Shown piece after piece: positions 11,477 through 20,497 of a stretch of 64,000 nucleotides of DNA; position 1 is the first letter of the stretch; the number at the start of each line of letters is the position of its first letter. The stretch is from Candidatus Sulfomarinibacteraceae bacterium. GTDB lineage: Bacteria > Acidobacteriota > Thermoanaerobaculia > Thermoanaerobaculales > Sulfomarinibacteraceae. Where the stretch lies: contig CAWCLO010000008.1 in NCBI GenBank assembly GCA_963796455.1, positions 1-64,000 on the forward strand. The letters are read 5' to 3'. Made by a program: the position numbers and the translations under genes. Below the pieces are notes generated by a model. It ran no database searches. It was given only the letters and a program-made list of their open reading frames with translations, and was not told where the DNA came from.

Positions 11477-14400
11477 TCACTCGTCGAGTTCGATCCTGAC
11501 CAGGCGATGCTCCCACGTCAGTGAGCCGAGGATGTTGCCGTCCGGCAGCAGGGTGATGGCGGTCAGCCCGGGGAGATCCCTTTGCAAGAGCTCGGGCGGA
11601 TCCGATCCCGTCGGGTCGATGGACCACAGCTCGCCTGTTTTCGGGGCGCTGGCGGCGAGCCGACCCGATGGGAGCAGCGCCAGATAGCCCTCCTGTTGGG
11701 TGCGCCCACTCCAAGCGGGAACTTCGAGCCTGCGCACGATCCGACCGTCGGCCAAATCCACCAAAACGATGCCACCGTCGGCTGGAAGTGCCGCTGCGAT
11801 CAGCCCGCCGACCTGGGTGATCCCAACCACCGGTGCCGGGAGGTCGGCAATGAGGTCCTGCTGCTGCCAGTCGGGAGGCGTATAGCGGTAGAGCTTTCGG
11901 TTTCCGGTGTCGGCGGCCACCAGGGATCCATCACCCAACCACAAGAGACCCCTTGGTCCGAAGAGGGAGCGGCCGATCGTTTCGATCTTCCCGGACGGAT
12001 CCATGATCTGAATGCGGCCGTTCCAGGTGTCGGCGATCGCGAGCACACCGTCTCGACTGAGTGCGAGCCCGGAAGGCTCGTGAAAATTGCCGTCCGCCGA
12101 TCCTTCAGAGCCGAAATCATCGAGGCAAAGGCCGTTCTCGCTATACCAGCGGATTCGGTGGTTGAGGGTGTCGGTGACGACGAACCAACCGTCTCTCGAA
12201 ACCGCGATGCCGCGAGGTTCCTTCAGGCCCCCTGAATCCTCCGAAGACTCGGCGGCCGACCATGGAGGGGGGCACGAAGCAAGTGGCCACTCGATGATGA
12301 GACCGTCCGGTCGGACGATCCACAACGAGTCCGGTCCACCGGCCAGTTCGAGCACAGCCTCGTCGCTTGCAAGAACCCGCCGCCACGGGAGCACGGCGCC
12401 GCCACTGCGGTGGAGACCCGAGGCGTCGGCTGCCCAGAGATTCGACCCCTGCCAGGCGATCTCCTTGATTCCGTCGAGGCGACCGTTGACCGTTCTGGGG
12501 TTGAGGCCGCCTCGGCCGACCCAGACGTTCAACCCGTTGCTCCAGGCGAGCCATGGGCCGTTGGCGGCTGCCGCCACGATCGATTCTGTGGAAACCGGGC
12601 GCCAGGCTCGGTTGTCGTACCGCCAGATCCCGCCGTGGCCCCAGGCCCAGAGCGCGTCATCAGCAGTCAGAAAGCTGGCGCCCTGTATTCGAGTCGTCTG
12701 TGACCATTGTTGATCGCGCAACTGCATGACGGCGCCATCGCTGCAGATGGCCCACAACTGATTTTCGTGACGCACGGCCGATCGCGTCTCACAACCCGGG
12801 TGTGGATGGCTGACCGTCAGCGTGGCCTCGGAGTCGAGCTCGGCCACTTCGCCGTTGGACATCACGACCACAGCTCCAGTGCTGTTCCGGATCAGAGAGG
12901 AAAGAGCCGGACGGTCGATTCTCGGAAGTTCGCCCAGGAAATGGGCACCCGGCGGTAATTCGACAACAGGCTCGATGGTTCCGGTGGCCATGTTGTCGGC
13001 GGGCATCACTCGATAGATAGCAGCCTCGCCCTGCTCGGCGATCTTGACCAATCCCGGGATCCCCCGCAGCGGGTCACCGCTTGCGAGACCATAACGTTTG
13101 CGCTCGAGGTCTCCGACCACGACCCAGCCCACATCGTAGCGATCGAGCACGGCCCGGCGCGCCCGTGCGTCGCGTCCTGCGTAGAGAGTCTGAAGATCGG
13201 TGAACCTTGCTGCGATTTCGATCGGGTCCTGGCCCCGTTGTTTGAGGTGCCACTCCCAGCCGACGACGGTCGGTTGGCCGGTGTGCATGGTGATCCGCGT
13301 GTGCTGGCTGTAATAGGGCCCGGCGGCCTCGGCGACCGCCTCTTCCGGGCGGGCCGCACCCTGGAGAGCGTGTGCCAAAAACCAGGTCTCGGGATAACGG
13401 AACCTGAGAAAGGCCTGGCCGTCGAGGGTCGGCCTCGGAGAAACGACCCGCGGCTGCAACCAGCCCTGAGCGACGCCCAGTGGGAGATTCACCATCGCCA
13501 CGATCTGCAGCGGAACCCAGGCCCCGATCACCAGGATCCGGCGTCTGCCACGGGTTCGTAGAAGCACCAGGGTGAGGGCGGCCGCGAGGAGCAGCCACAC
13601 CCCGTTGTAAACCTTGAACACGGTGTTCATGCGGTCGATCAGGGTCCATCGCTCACAGGCGGCCACCGCAAGCACGGCAAAGGCCCCCAGCGACCAACCG
13701 AAGCGGGTCATCCGGTCGCGGGTTGTGACCATGACGGTTGCGAAGAGCGCCGCGGTCGCGAGGGCGAATGCCGCAGCCGAAGAGTTCATCCAGAGGCCGG
13801 CGATGATGCCTGCGCCGGCGGTGGGAACGACCATCCACGATCGTCTGCCGAGCGCCAACACCGCGGCCATCGCGAGCGGGATCAGGAAGAGGCCGAAATG
13901 ACGCAGGACCGCCCACGCCGGTGCAAAATCATGCCGGGTCAGAAACAGACCGCGTTCGCCCGCCCCCGCGCTCAGGCTGGCGAGCAGTTCGACCACGAAG
14001 GGTGCGGCGGCAATCAGGCTGACTGCTGCTGCAACGACAAGATGTTGGATGCCCGGCAAACGGCGCCTGGCTGCGACAAGGGTGCCGACGCCCAGGGTGC
14101 CGCTGAATACGAAGAGGTCCCACGGATTGGTGGCCACGAGGGCCGCGGTACAGATCCCGCAGAGAATCGCGGCGATGACCCACGTTCCGTCGCGTTTTTC
14201 GACACAGACCCAACCCCAGATGAGTCCGGCTATCAGAACAGGGAGGGCGATGAAATGTCCATGGAGGTCTGCAAAGAGCGTTGTCCAGAGCGGGTATTCA
14301 TCGATCACCGGGCTTGGAAGCACCCTCGAGGTGGCCCACCACAGATCGAACCACTTTCCGTGGCGCAGATGTCCGACGAGCCACGGCCAGGCGAGGTTGC

Positions 14401-17002
14401 CGGACAAGAGGACCAGAACCGGGAGGAGGATTGCGGCGCGCCATCTCCAGCGCCGCGCGAAAAGCAGCCCGAGACCTGCGAGGGCGGCGGCGGAGAGAGC
14501 CGGAATGGTGGCCGACATGAGGTTGTAGCCGACCGCCGCGCTGCACCCGGTGACGAGGATCGGAAAAGCTGCCAGAACCTCACCAAAGTAGTAGTAGTGC
14601 AGAGGCATCCCCGCCATCCACGGTTCACCTGTCGGCCAACTGGAGGCCCGCAAAAATGAGTTGAGAAACGAAAAGTCCATCGGTTTCTCGCCCCAGAAAA
14701 TCGCCGGGTTGGAGGCGCGGACAAGAAGGAAGAGCAGACCGACGGACAACGCCACCGAGACCACCATCATGATGTTGCGGCGGCGGCGGACAAGGATGGA
14801 GACCGCCTCTTCCCATCGTGCGGTCAGGGCGAGGGAGCCGGCCGAGAGAACGAGGATGAAAGTCCAGCTTGCCGTGGAGGGACCGGTCGGCCACATGCCG
14901 AGTTCGTTCCCGAACCACATCAACCAGGATGGGACGATCCAGCCGGTGGCGATGGAGAGCCCGACCCCGGCATCAGGCCACTTCCCGACCACCGGCAAGA
15001 GGAGGAACCATGAGGAGGCCGCGAGACCGGCGAAAACAAACAGCCACAGCCCCAGGTCGATCACCTGGCGGAGCCCGGTGGGCACCGGCGGTATGGCGGG
15101 AACTTCTTCGACGACGCGCCGCTCGAAATCGAGAGCATCGAGCATCCCGAGATTGGGCAGCGGTCTCTCGACCCTCTCGGCGAGCAGTTCCGGATCGATC
15201 TGTGTGGTGCGGCGGAAGATCAGAACCTGCGGAAAATCGTAGTTGACAAAGCTCTCGTCGGCACGCTGGACTGGCCATCTGAGACCAAAAAGACGGGGAC
15301 CTCGGCGTGCCCGCGTCAGAAGCTCGAACCCGGCTTCGCCGGCGAACAGGAGGCGATAGAGGCGCCCGGTCTTTGGGAATCGTTCGGGGTTGGCGAAAAT
15401 CGTCCGGGTCACCCGATTCGATGTCAGAACAACCCAGTCTGCCCGGGCAAGGTCCTCACACCATCGGAGAACCTTTTCATCGTCGTCCGGCAGGTCATAA
15501 GAAGGAAGGCTGTATGTCGTCACGGAGCCTTCCCTGAGGTGCAGTCCGATCGTCTCGTCCCAGCTTTCGAAAGCAACCGTCTGGCCTGATTCGAGCATCG
15601 GTTGCAGCCACTTCGTGGCCGTACCGTGCGGGTGAGGCTCGACAAACGCCCACATGAATGCGAGACCCCATACGATCGTGCCGGCGGCAACGGTCAGAAC
15701 GGCCCTTCGGCGGTAGCCACCGGGCAGACGGGAGAGCCACCACGCAGCAAGCAGGGCCGCCGGAACCACCAGCGGTTCCCAATATCGAAGGTATTTGACG
15801 TAGAGGGTCGACAGGCGGACCGACATCGGAACCAGCCAGGCCAGAACGATCAGCAGGAGGATGGTCGAGTTGTTCCAGCGACCGGAGATCCAGCGTCGCC
15901 ACCTCGACCCGAGGACCCGCAGACCCGCGGCTGCAGCAACGAGAACGGTGAGCAGCAACAGCGGCCCCCAACCCCAGAGGGCGAGTTCACGCAAGGGGTA
16001 GAGCACCGGCAAGGTGTTGACAAAGACCCGTACGTACGGCAGATCCGCCTCACCCATCACCATGCGCACCTGTTCGCCGACGCCCGCGAGATAGGCCGGG
16101 TTGAGCCCGCCGCCCACCAGCGTCGTTGCGATGAATCGACCGGGTGCGGTGCCGCTACCGAAACCAGTCAGCGCGGCCACCTGGAACAGGACGAAAACCG
16201 CGGCCAGAAAAGCGAACCCGATCAGGAGACGGCGCTGTTTTCCCGGTCGTGTCGCCGAGAGGTGCAGCAACACGGCGCCAAGTGCGGCAGCAAGCATCGG
16301 CGCAAGTGGCGGACGAGCGCCCGTGAATGCCCATGGCTGACACAACCAAAAGGCAAATCCGCCGACTGCCACAGCCACCGCGCCCAAGCGCGTTGCGTCG
16401 ACCAAACCACGTCTGCGGGCCACCAACAGGAGAGCCATGGCCAGAGGTAAGCCGAGCGCCAGGGACGCCACCTTGACTGCAAGTGAGGCGCCGACGGCAG
16501 CGCCGGCTCCCGCCGCCGCGGCTGCACGACCACCGCTGGCCAACCAATAGCAGGCCGCCAGGGCGAGCATGATCCAGGCCGTGTGGTGTGCTTCGACCGT
16601 TGCAAAGTGCGACTGTTGGAGATCGAGGGGAACCCAGGCGACCAGAATCAGAAACAGTTCGCCGGTGCGGCGGCCCCACGCACGATGGGCCAGAATCCAG
16701 CCGAGGATGAGAGCGAGCATCGACGACAACAACGAAAGGACGCGGCCGGAAACCACCAACCCACGCAGGTGTTCGCCCTTGGCGAGAACCATGGTGGTGG
16801 CGTGCACGGCCTGGAAATGGAGCGACCCATAAGCAAAGAACTCGGGGTTGGAGAACCACCCGTCAAGCCGTTCGGTGACAAAGCCGACCTGACGCTCGTC
16901 GGGGTGGACCGTCGTGGACACGACTCCGGCGTCCCACCCCTGGAGGAGCAGGCGGAGGCCGAGTGCAATCAGTAGGAGAAACCAGGTGCGCTTACGCAGC
17001 AT
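11477..17002 (-). CDS. Large membrane protein: GT-C-like N domain + DUF2298 (YYY) domain + NHL beta-propeller
   Basis: HPDE..FFAYGS, QSHFATVE; GEKPMDF..HYYYFG, ADLHGH, RMNTVFK; EPRGIAV..DTLNHRI and EPSGLAL..DTWNGRI NHL repeats. Confidence 0.8.
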   Translation of the reverse strand: MLRKRTWFLLLIALGLRLLLQGWDAGVVSTTVHPDERQVGFVTERLDGWFSNPEFFAYGSLHFQAVHATTMVLAKGEHLRGLVVSGRVLSLLSSMLALILGWILAHRAWGRRTGELFLILVAWVPLDLQQSHFATVEAHHTAWIMLALAACYWLASGGRAAAAAGAGAAVGASLAVKVASLALGLPLAMALLLVARRRGLVDATRLGAVAVAVGGFAFWLCQPWAFTGARPPLAPMLAAALGAVLLHLSATRPGKQRRLLIGFAFLAAVFVLFQVAALTGFGSGTAPGRFIATTLVGGGLNPAYLAGVGEQVRMVMGEADLPYVRVFVNTLPVLYPLRELALWGWGPLLLLTVLVAAAAGLRVLGSRWRRWISGRWNNSTILLLIVLAWLVPMSVRLSTLYVKYLRYWEPLVVPAALLAAWWLSRLPGGYRRRAVLTVAAGTIVWGLAFMWAFVEPHPHGTATKWLQPMLESGQTVAFESWDETIGLHLREGSVTTYSLPSYDLPDDDEKVLRWCEDLARADWVVLTSNRVTRTIFANPERFPKTGRLYRLLFAGEAGFELLTRARRGPRLFGLRWPVQRADESFVNYDFPQVLIFRRTTQIDPELLAERVERPLPNLGMLDALDFERRVVEEVPAIPPVPTGLRQVIDLGLWLFVFAGLAASSWFLLLPVVGKWPDAGVGLSIATGWIVPSWLMWFGNELGMWPTGPSTASWTFILVLSAGSLALTARWEEAVSILVRRRRNIMMVVSVALSVGLLFLLVRASNPAIFWGEKPMDFSFLNSFLRASSWPTGEPWMAGMPLHYYYFGEVLAAFPILVTGCSAAVGYNLMSATIPALSAAALAGLGLLFARRWRWRAAILLPVLVLLSGNLAWPWLVGHLRHGKWFDLWWATSRVLPSPVIDEYPLWTTLFADLHGHFIALPVLIAGLIWGWVCVEKRDGTWVIAAILCGICTAALVATNPWDLFVFSGTLGVGTLVAARRRLPGIQHLVVAAAVSLIAAAPFVVELLASLSAGAGERGLFLTRHDFAPAWAVLRHFGLFLIPLAMAAVLALGRRSWMVVPTAGAGIIAGLWMNSSAAAFALATAALFATVMVTTRDRMTRFGWSLGAFAVLAVAACERWTLIDRMNTVFKVYNGVWLLLAAALTLVLLRTRGRRRILVIGAWVPLQIVAMVNLPLGVAQGWLQPRVVSPRPTLDGQAFLRFRYPETWFLAHALQGAARPEEAVAEAAGPYYSQHTRITMHTGQPTVVGWEWHLKQRGQDPIEIAARFTDLQTLYAGRDARARRAVLDRYDVGWVVVGDLERKRYGLASGDPLRGIPGLVKIAEQGEAAIYRVMPADNMATGTIEPVVELPPGAHFLGELPRIDRPALSSLIRNSTGAVVVMSNGEVAELDSEATLTVSHPHPGCETRSAVRHENQLWAICSDGAVMQLRDQQWSQTTRIQGASFLTADDALWAWGHGGIWRYDNRAWRPVSTESIVAAAANGPWLAWSNGLNVWVGRGGLNPRTVNGRLDGIKEIAWQGSNLWAADASGLHRSGGAVLPWRRVLASDEAVLELAGGPDSLWIVRPDGLIIEWPLASCPPPWSAAESSEDSGGLKEPRGIAVSRDGWFVVTDTLNHRIRWYSENGLCLDDFGSEGSADGNFHEPSGLALSRDGVLAIADTWNGRIQIMDPSGKIETIGRSLFGPRGLLWLGDGSLVAADTGNRKLYRYTPPDWQQQDLIADLPAPVVGITQVGGLIAAALPADGGIVLVDLADGRIVRRLEVPAWSGRTQQEGYLALLPSGRLAASAPKTGELWSIDPTGSDPPELLQRDLPGLTAITLLPDGNILGSLTWEHRLVRIELDE

Positions 17003-17129
17003 CGATATCTACGTTAACGGAAGATGCGTCGAATCGTCCACCGGCGGGGGATCGGGGAGAGTGAATTTTTTGTTGAAGTTGGGTCGACTGGGGTGAGGAG
17101 CAGAGTATCTGGAGCTGACGAAAGGAAGT

Positions 17130-17360
17130 GGCAAACAGGGACAGGGACAGCGTCCAGCGGCAGCGACAGGGACAGCGACCGGGATCAGCGATCAGTGTCA
17201 ACAGCGAACAGCGAACAGCGATCAGTGGTCAGCGGTCAGCGCATTGAACCATCCTGTCTGGAGAATCTGTCGCTGAAGACTGCCGCTGATTACTGTTCGC
17301 TGTCGCGGCCCCAGTCGCTGTCCCTGAACGTTGTCCGAGACACACTCTTGGAAAAGGGTG
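17130..17360 (+). mobile_element. Degenerate ORF-less derivative of the TIR element
   Basis: CAGCGA-rich then TCGCTG-rich arms; 3' end CTGAACGTTGTCCGAGACACACTCTTGGAAAAGGGTG. Confidence 0.55.
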
Positions 17361-17425
17361 CCGCGAAAAAAGGATGTACCTGGTCTGTACCGGGCTTCAA
17401 GAATTCGAAAGCGTTCCTGGGCGAG

Positions 17426-17461
17426 TCAAGCCCCAAGCCCCAAGTCCCAAGCCTCAGACCC
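17426..17461. repeat. Heptamer tract (CAAGCCC)
   Basis: CAAGCCCCAAGCCCCAAGTCCCAAGCCTCAGACC. Confidence 0.8.
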
Positions 17462-18366
17462 TACGAACTCCGGCGGCAGACGAACTCTGCCAGGGCCGCC
17501 AGCTCACCATCGGGGCCCTCGATCGTCCGGGCGCCGGCAACCATCCGTTCTTCCACTTCGTGCAGCCGGAGGCGTGCCGATTCGAGCCCATAGAGGGTCA
17601 CATAGGTGAGTTTTCCGGCTGCCTCATCCTTGCCGGGCGACTTGCCGAGGTCCTCGGCGGTCGAGGTGGTATCGAGAATATCGTCGGCGATCTGGAAGGC
17701 GAGACCGAGATCTTCGCCGAAATCGACAAAGGCCTGCCGGCCGGTGGGATCCACTCCTGCGAGGATTGCGCCCATCTCCACGGATGCCCGCAATAGACAC
17801 CCGGTCTTGTGGCGGTGGATGAGTTCGAGTCGTTCCTCGTTGGGAGCACAGCTTGAGCCCGAGACCTGCCCGGTCGCCTCGAGGTCCTCTATCTGACCGC
17901 CGACCATGCCGCGCGCCGAGATCGCTTCGGCCACCGTAGCGACCGCCTCGGCCCGCAGGGGTGCCCAGTTATCACCTTCGGGGTGCCGGGCGATGACCAG
18001 CAGCCCTTCGGTGAGGAGGGCGTCTCCGACCAGGATCGCAGTCGCCTCGTCGTACTCCACGTGTACCGTGGGCTTGCCGCGTCTGAGGGCGTCGTCATCG
18101 AGGGCCGGCAGATCATCGTGAACCAGCGAATAGGTATGGATGAGTTCCAAGCCGCAAGCGGCTTCGGTGATGTCGTCAGGATCGCCACCGGCCGCGCGGT
18201 GCGCTATGCGCGCAAGCACCGGGCGAATCCTCTTGCCACCGGCGAAGACGGCGTGCGCCATAGCCCGGTGGAGCCGTTCCGGCCAGACCCCTTCTGATGG
18301 CAGCAGCGTCTGAAGCGCCGACTCGACCCGCAGTTTTTCTTCGCTGAGCAACGTCGAGACCTTCAC
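17461..18366 (-). CDS. ispA: Farnesyl/geranylgeranyl diphosphate synthase
   Basis: GGKRIRP, HDDLP.LDDD..RRG, FQIADDILD, GKD motifs. Confidence 0.95.
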   Translation of the reverse strand: MKVSTLLSEEKLRVESALQTLLPSEGVWPERLHRAMAHAVFAGGKRIRPVLARIAHRAAGGDPDDITEAACGLELIHTYSLVHDDLPALDDDALRRGKPTVHVEYDEATAILVGDALLTEGLLVIARHPEGDNWAPLRAEAVATVAEAISARGMVGGQIEDLEATGQVSGSSCAPNEERLELIHRHKTGCLLRASVEMGAILAGVDPTGRQAFVDFGEDLGLAFQIADDILDTTSTAEDLGKSPGKDEAAGKLTYVTLYGLESARLRLHEVEERMVAGARTIEGPDGELAALAEFVCRRSS

Positions 18367-18367
18367 C

Positions 18368-18610
18368 TCAACTCACCTCGTCTTCGTCTTCATCCTCGTC
18401 TTCGAGGAGTTGGGTCACCCTCGTTTCGACTTCCTCGAGCCGATGGCGGCAGCGGCGGGCCAGGTCCATTCCATTTTCGAACAGACCCAGGGCCTCCTCG
18501 AGACCGACCGACTCGTCCTCGAGCCGAGCCACGATCTCTTCGAGCTTGCCGAGTTGGTCCTCGAATCGTTCTTCCTTTTTGTCTTTGTCGCTCATCTTCT
18601 GCTCCGTCAT
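18368..18610 (-). CDS. xseB: Exonuclease VII small subunit
   Basis: FE..L.KLEEIV..LE...LEEAL.LFE.G. Confidence 0.93.
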   Translation of the reverse strand: MTEQKMSDKDKKEERFEDQLGKLEEIVARLEDESVGLEEALGLFENGMDLARRCRHRLEEVETRVTQLLEDEDEDEDEVS

Positions 18611-20016
18611 TTCTCGCTTGCACTTTCTCCAGGTGGGTCCTCAAAAAGGGACGGCTGGGGTCCGGGATCTTTTTTCTGGGTCGTTGTTTTGGCGCTTGTC
18701 GAGCTCACAAGGGATCGCAGCTCGCCGTGGGCGAGCCGGGTGATCAGGGTCTGGCCGCCGTGGACAAGTGCCGCGTCCTTGAGAGGAGCCGATCGACCGT
18801 CCAGGGTGGTGATCGAATAGCCCCTCTCGAGGACCTTGGTCGGGCCGAGGTGTCCGAGGGCACGTTGACCCGCGTCGATCCGGGCACGGATCAGGTCGAT
18901 CCTCGCGTCCATGAGTTGCGCCAGTTGTTGACGCCTGCTGAGCAGGAGCCGCCGGTGGCCGCCGGCCGCGATCCTCGCAGGCAATGACCTGAGGTTTCGG
19001 GCCGCAAAGTCGAGCCGGTTTTTTGCGGTCTCGACGACCCGGAGCAAAGCGGGAGCGAGCCGGACCGCCCGGTCGAGACGCTCACGATAGCGGCGAATGC
19101 GCTGCGGCACACGATCCAGCCCGGAGGACCCTGCCAGGCCCAGGAGCCTGGCTCGTGCGAGTTCGATTCGGCGAAGGATGTCCCGATTGAGAAGATTCTC
19201 GGCGTCGTCGAGCTGACGGACCACTTCTTCGAGCCGTGCCACGATTATTTCGGCAGCCTGGGTCGGGGTGGCCGCCCGCTGATCGGCGACAAAATCAGCG
19301 ATGGTGAAATCGACTTCGTGACCAACGGCCGAGATCACCGGCAGCGAAGATGCGGCGATCGCGCGTGCCACTTTTTCTTCGTTGAAGGCCCAAAGATCTT
19401 CGAGGCTGCCGCCGCCCCGGCCGACGATCAACACATCAACTTTTCCGGATCGGTCGAGTCGGCGGATGGCCGCCGCTATCTCCGCTGCCGCGCCGTCGCC
19501 CTGGACCATGGCCGGCGCGACAACGATTTCGTGGTGAGGAAAGCGGCGAAAGACTTTGAGCATGTCCTGGAGCGCGGCGCCGCTGGCGGATGTCACGATC
19601 CCGATCCTGTTTGGAAGCGCTGGGAGGGGCCGTTTTCTTTCGGCGGCGAAGAGTCCCTCTGCCTCGAGCTTTTTCTTGAGTTGCTCGAATGCCAGTTGCA
19701 GGGCGCCCATTCCCTGCGGTTGGAGGTCGTCGACCACAAACTGAAAACGTCCCCGTTGGGGATAGATGGTCAATGAACCGAGCGCGAGCACCGCGAGCCC
19801 GTCTTCGAGGCGGAACTTGAGGCGTCCGGCTTTGCCCGCCCACATCACACAGTCGAGAGCGGCGTTGTCATCCTTCAGGGTGAAGTAACAATGCCCCCGG
19901 CCGGAGGTCGTGGCGTTTGTGATTTCTCCTTCCACCCGTATGGAAGAAAATCCTTGTCCGAGGAGTTTGTTGACCTCGGCGATCAGGTCCGCAACTGAAA
20001 AAACTCGGTCCTTCAT
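18607..20016 (-). CDS. xseA: Exonuclease VII large subunit
   Basis: GEITN..SGH.YFTLKD, GRGGGSLEDLWAFN, SAVGHEVD, RAATPT, LERGYS. Confidence 0.97.
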   Translation of the reverse strand: MKDRVFSVADLIAEVNKLLGQGFSSIRVEGEITNATTSGRGHCYFTLKDDNAALDCVMWAGKAGRLKFRLEDGLAVLALGSLTIYPQRGRFQFVVDDLQPQGMGALQLAFEQLKKKLEAEGLFAAERKRPLPALPNRIGIVTSASGAALQDMLKVFRRFPHHEIVVAPAMVQGDGAAAEIAAAIRRLDRSGKVDVLIVGRGGGSLEDLWAFNEEKVARAIAASSLPVISAVGHEVDFTIADFVADQRAATPTQAAEIIVARLEEVVRQLDDAENLLNRDILRRIELARARLLGLAGSSGLDRVPQRIRRYRERLDRAVRLAPALLRVVETAKNRLDFAARNLRSLPARIAAGGHRRLLLSRRQQLAQLMDARIDLIRARIDAGQRALGHLGPTKVLERGYSITTLDGRSAPLKDAALVHGGQTLITRLAHGELRSLVSSTSAKTTTQKKDPGPQPSLFEDPPGESASEK

Positions 20017-20104
20017 GTCGATTTCACCTGCGAAAACTCGGGTCGTGCTCGGTAGAGCCTCGACGCAGCAACCGGGCACCGGGCGAGCGCAGCATCGGGT
20101 CGAT

Positions 20105-20353
20105 TCAGCCCGAAATCTCCTCGCGTGTCAGCGCATCGTCGACGAGCATCACCGGGATGCCCGAGACAACGGGGTAAACCCTGCCCGCAGCGGAAGCAAG
20201 GCCGATCTCGACGACGGGTTCCTCGCCTTTGAACTGGTCGCGGTATTTGTCAACCAGCCGACGGCGGACCTCTTCGGGAAGGTCGATGACCTCGAGCGGT
20301 GTCTTGTCGACCGGGCAGACCAGGATCTCGAGCAATTTTGGATCGACGGCCAT
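20105..20353 (-). CDS. Trm112/YcaR-like protein
   Basis: LLEILVCPVDK...YPVVSGIPVML. Confidence 0.85.
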   Translation of the reverse strand: MAVDPKLLEILVCPVDKTPLEVIDLPEEVRRRLVDKYRDQFKGEEPVVEIGLASAAGRVYPVVSGIPVMLVDDALTREEISG

Positions 20354-20390
20354 CGCGGACTCCTTTGGCGGTCAGTCTACACGAAGTCAC

Positions 20391-20424
20391 GTGGCTCCCG
20401 GATGCGAATGCGTCCGGGAGCCGC
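20391..20424. repeat. GTGG-headed palindrome (REP-like hairpin)
   Basis: GTGGCTCCCGGATGC-GAAT-GCGTCCGGGAGCCGC. Confidence 0.5.
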
Positions 20425-20497
20425 GTCAAGGAGTCACGGGTTGAGGCTGATGCCCACCCGTTCCCTCATGAGGTCCCCAATTCTCGTTTTTGAACCT

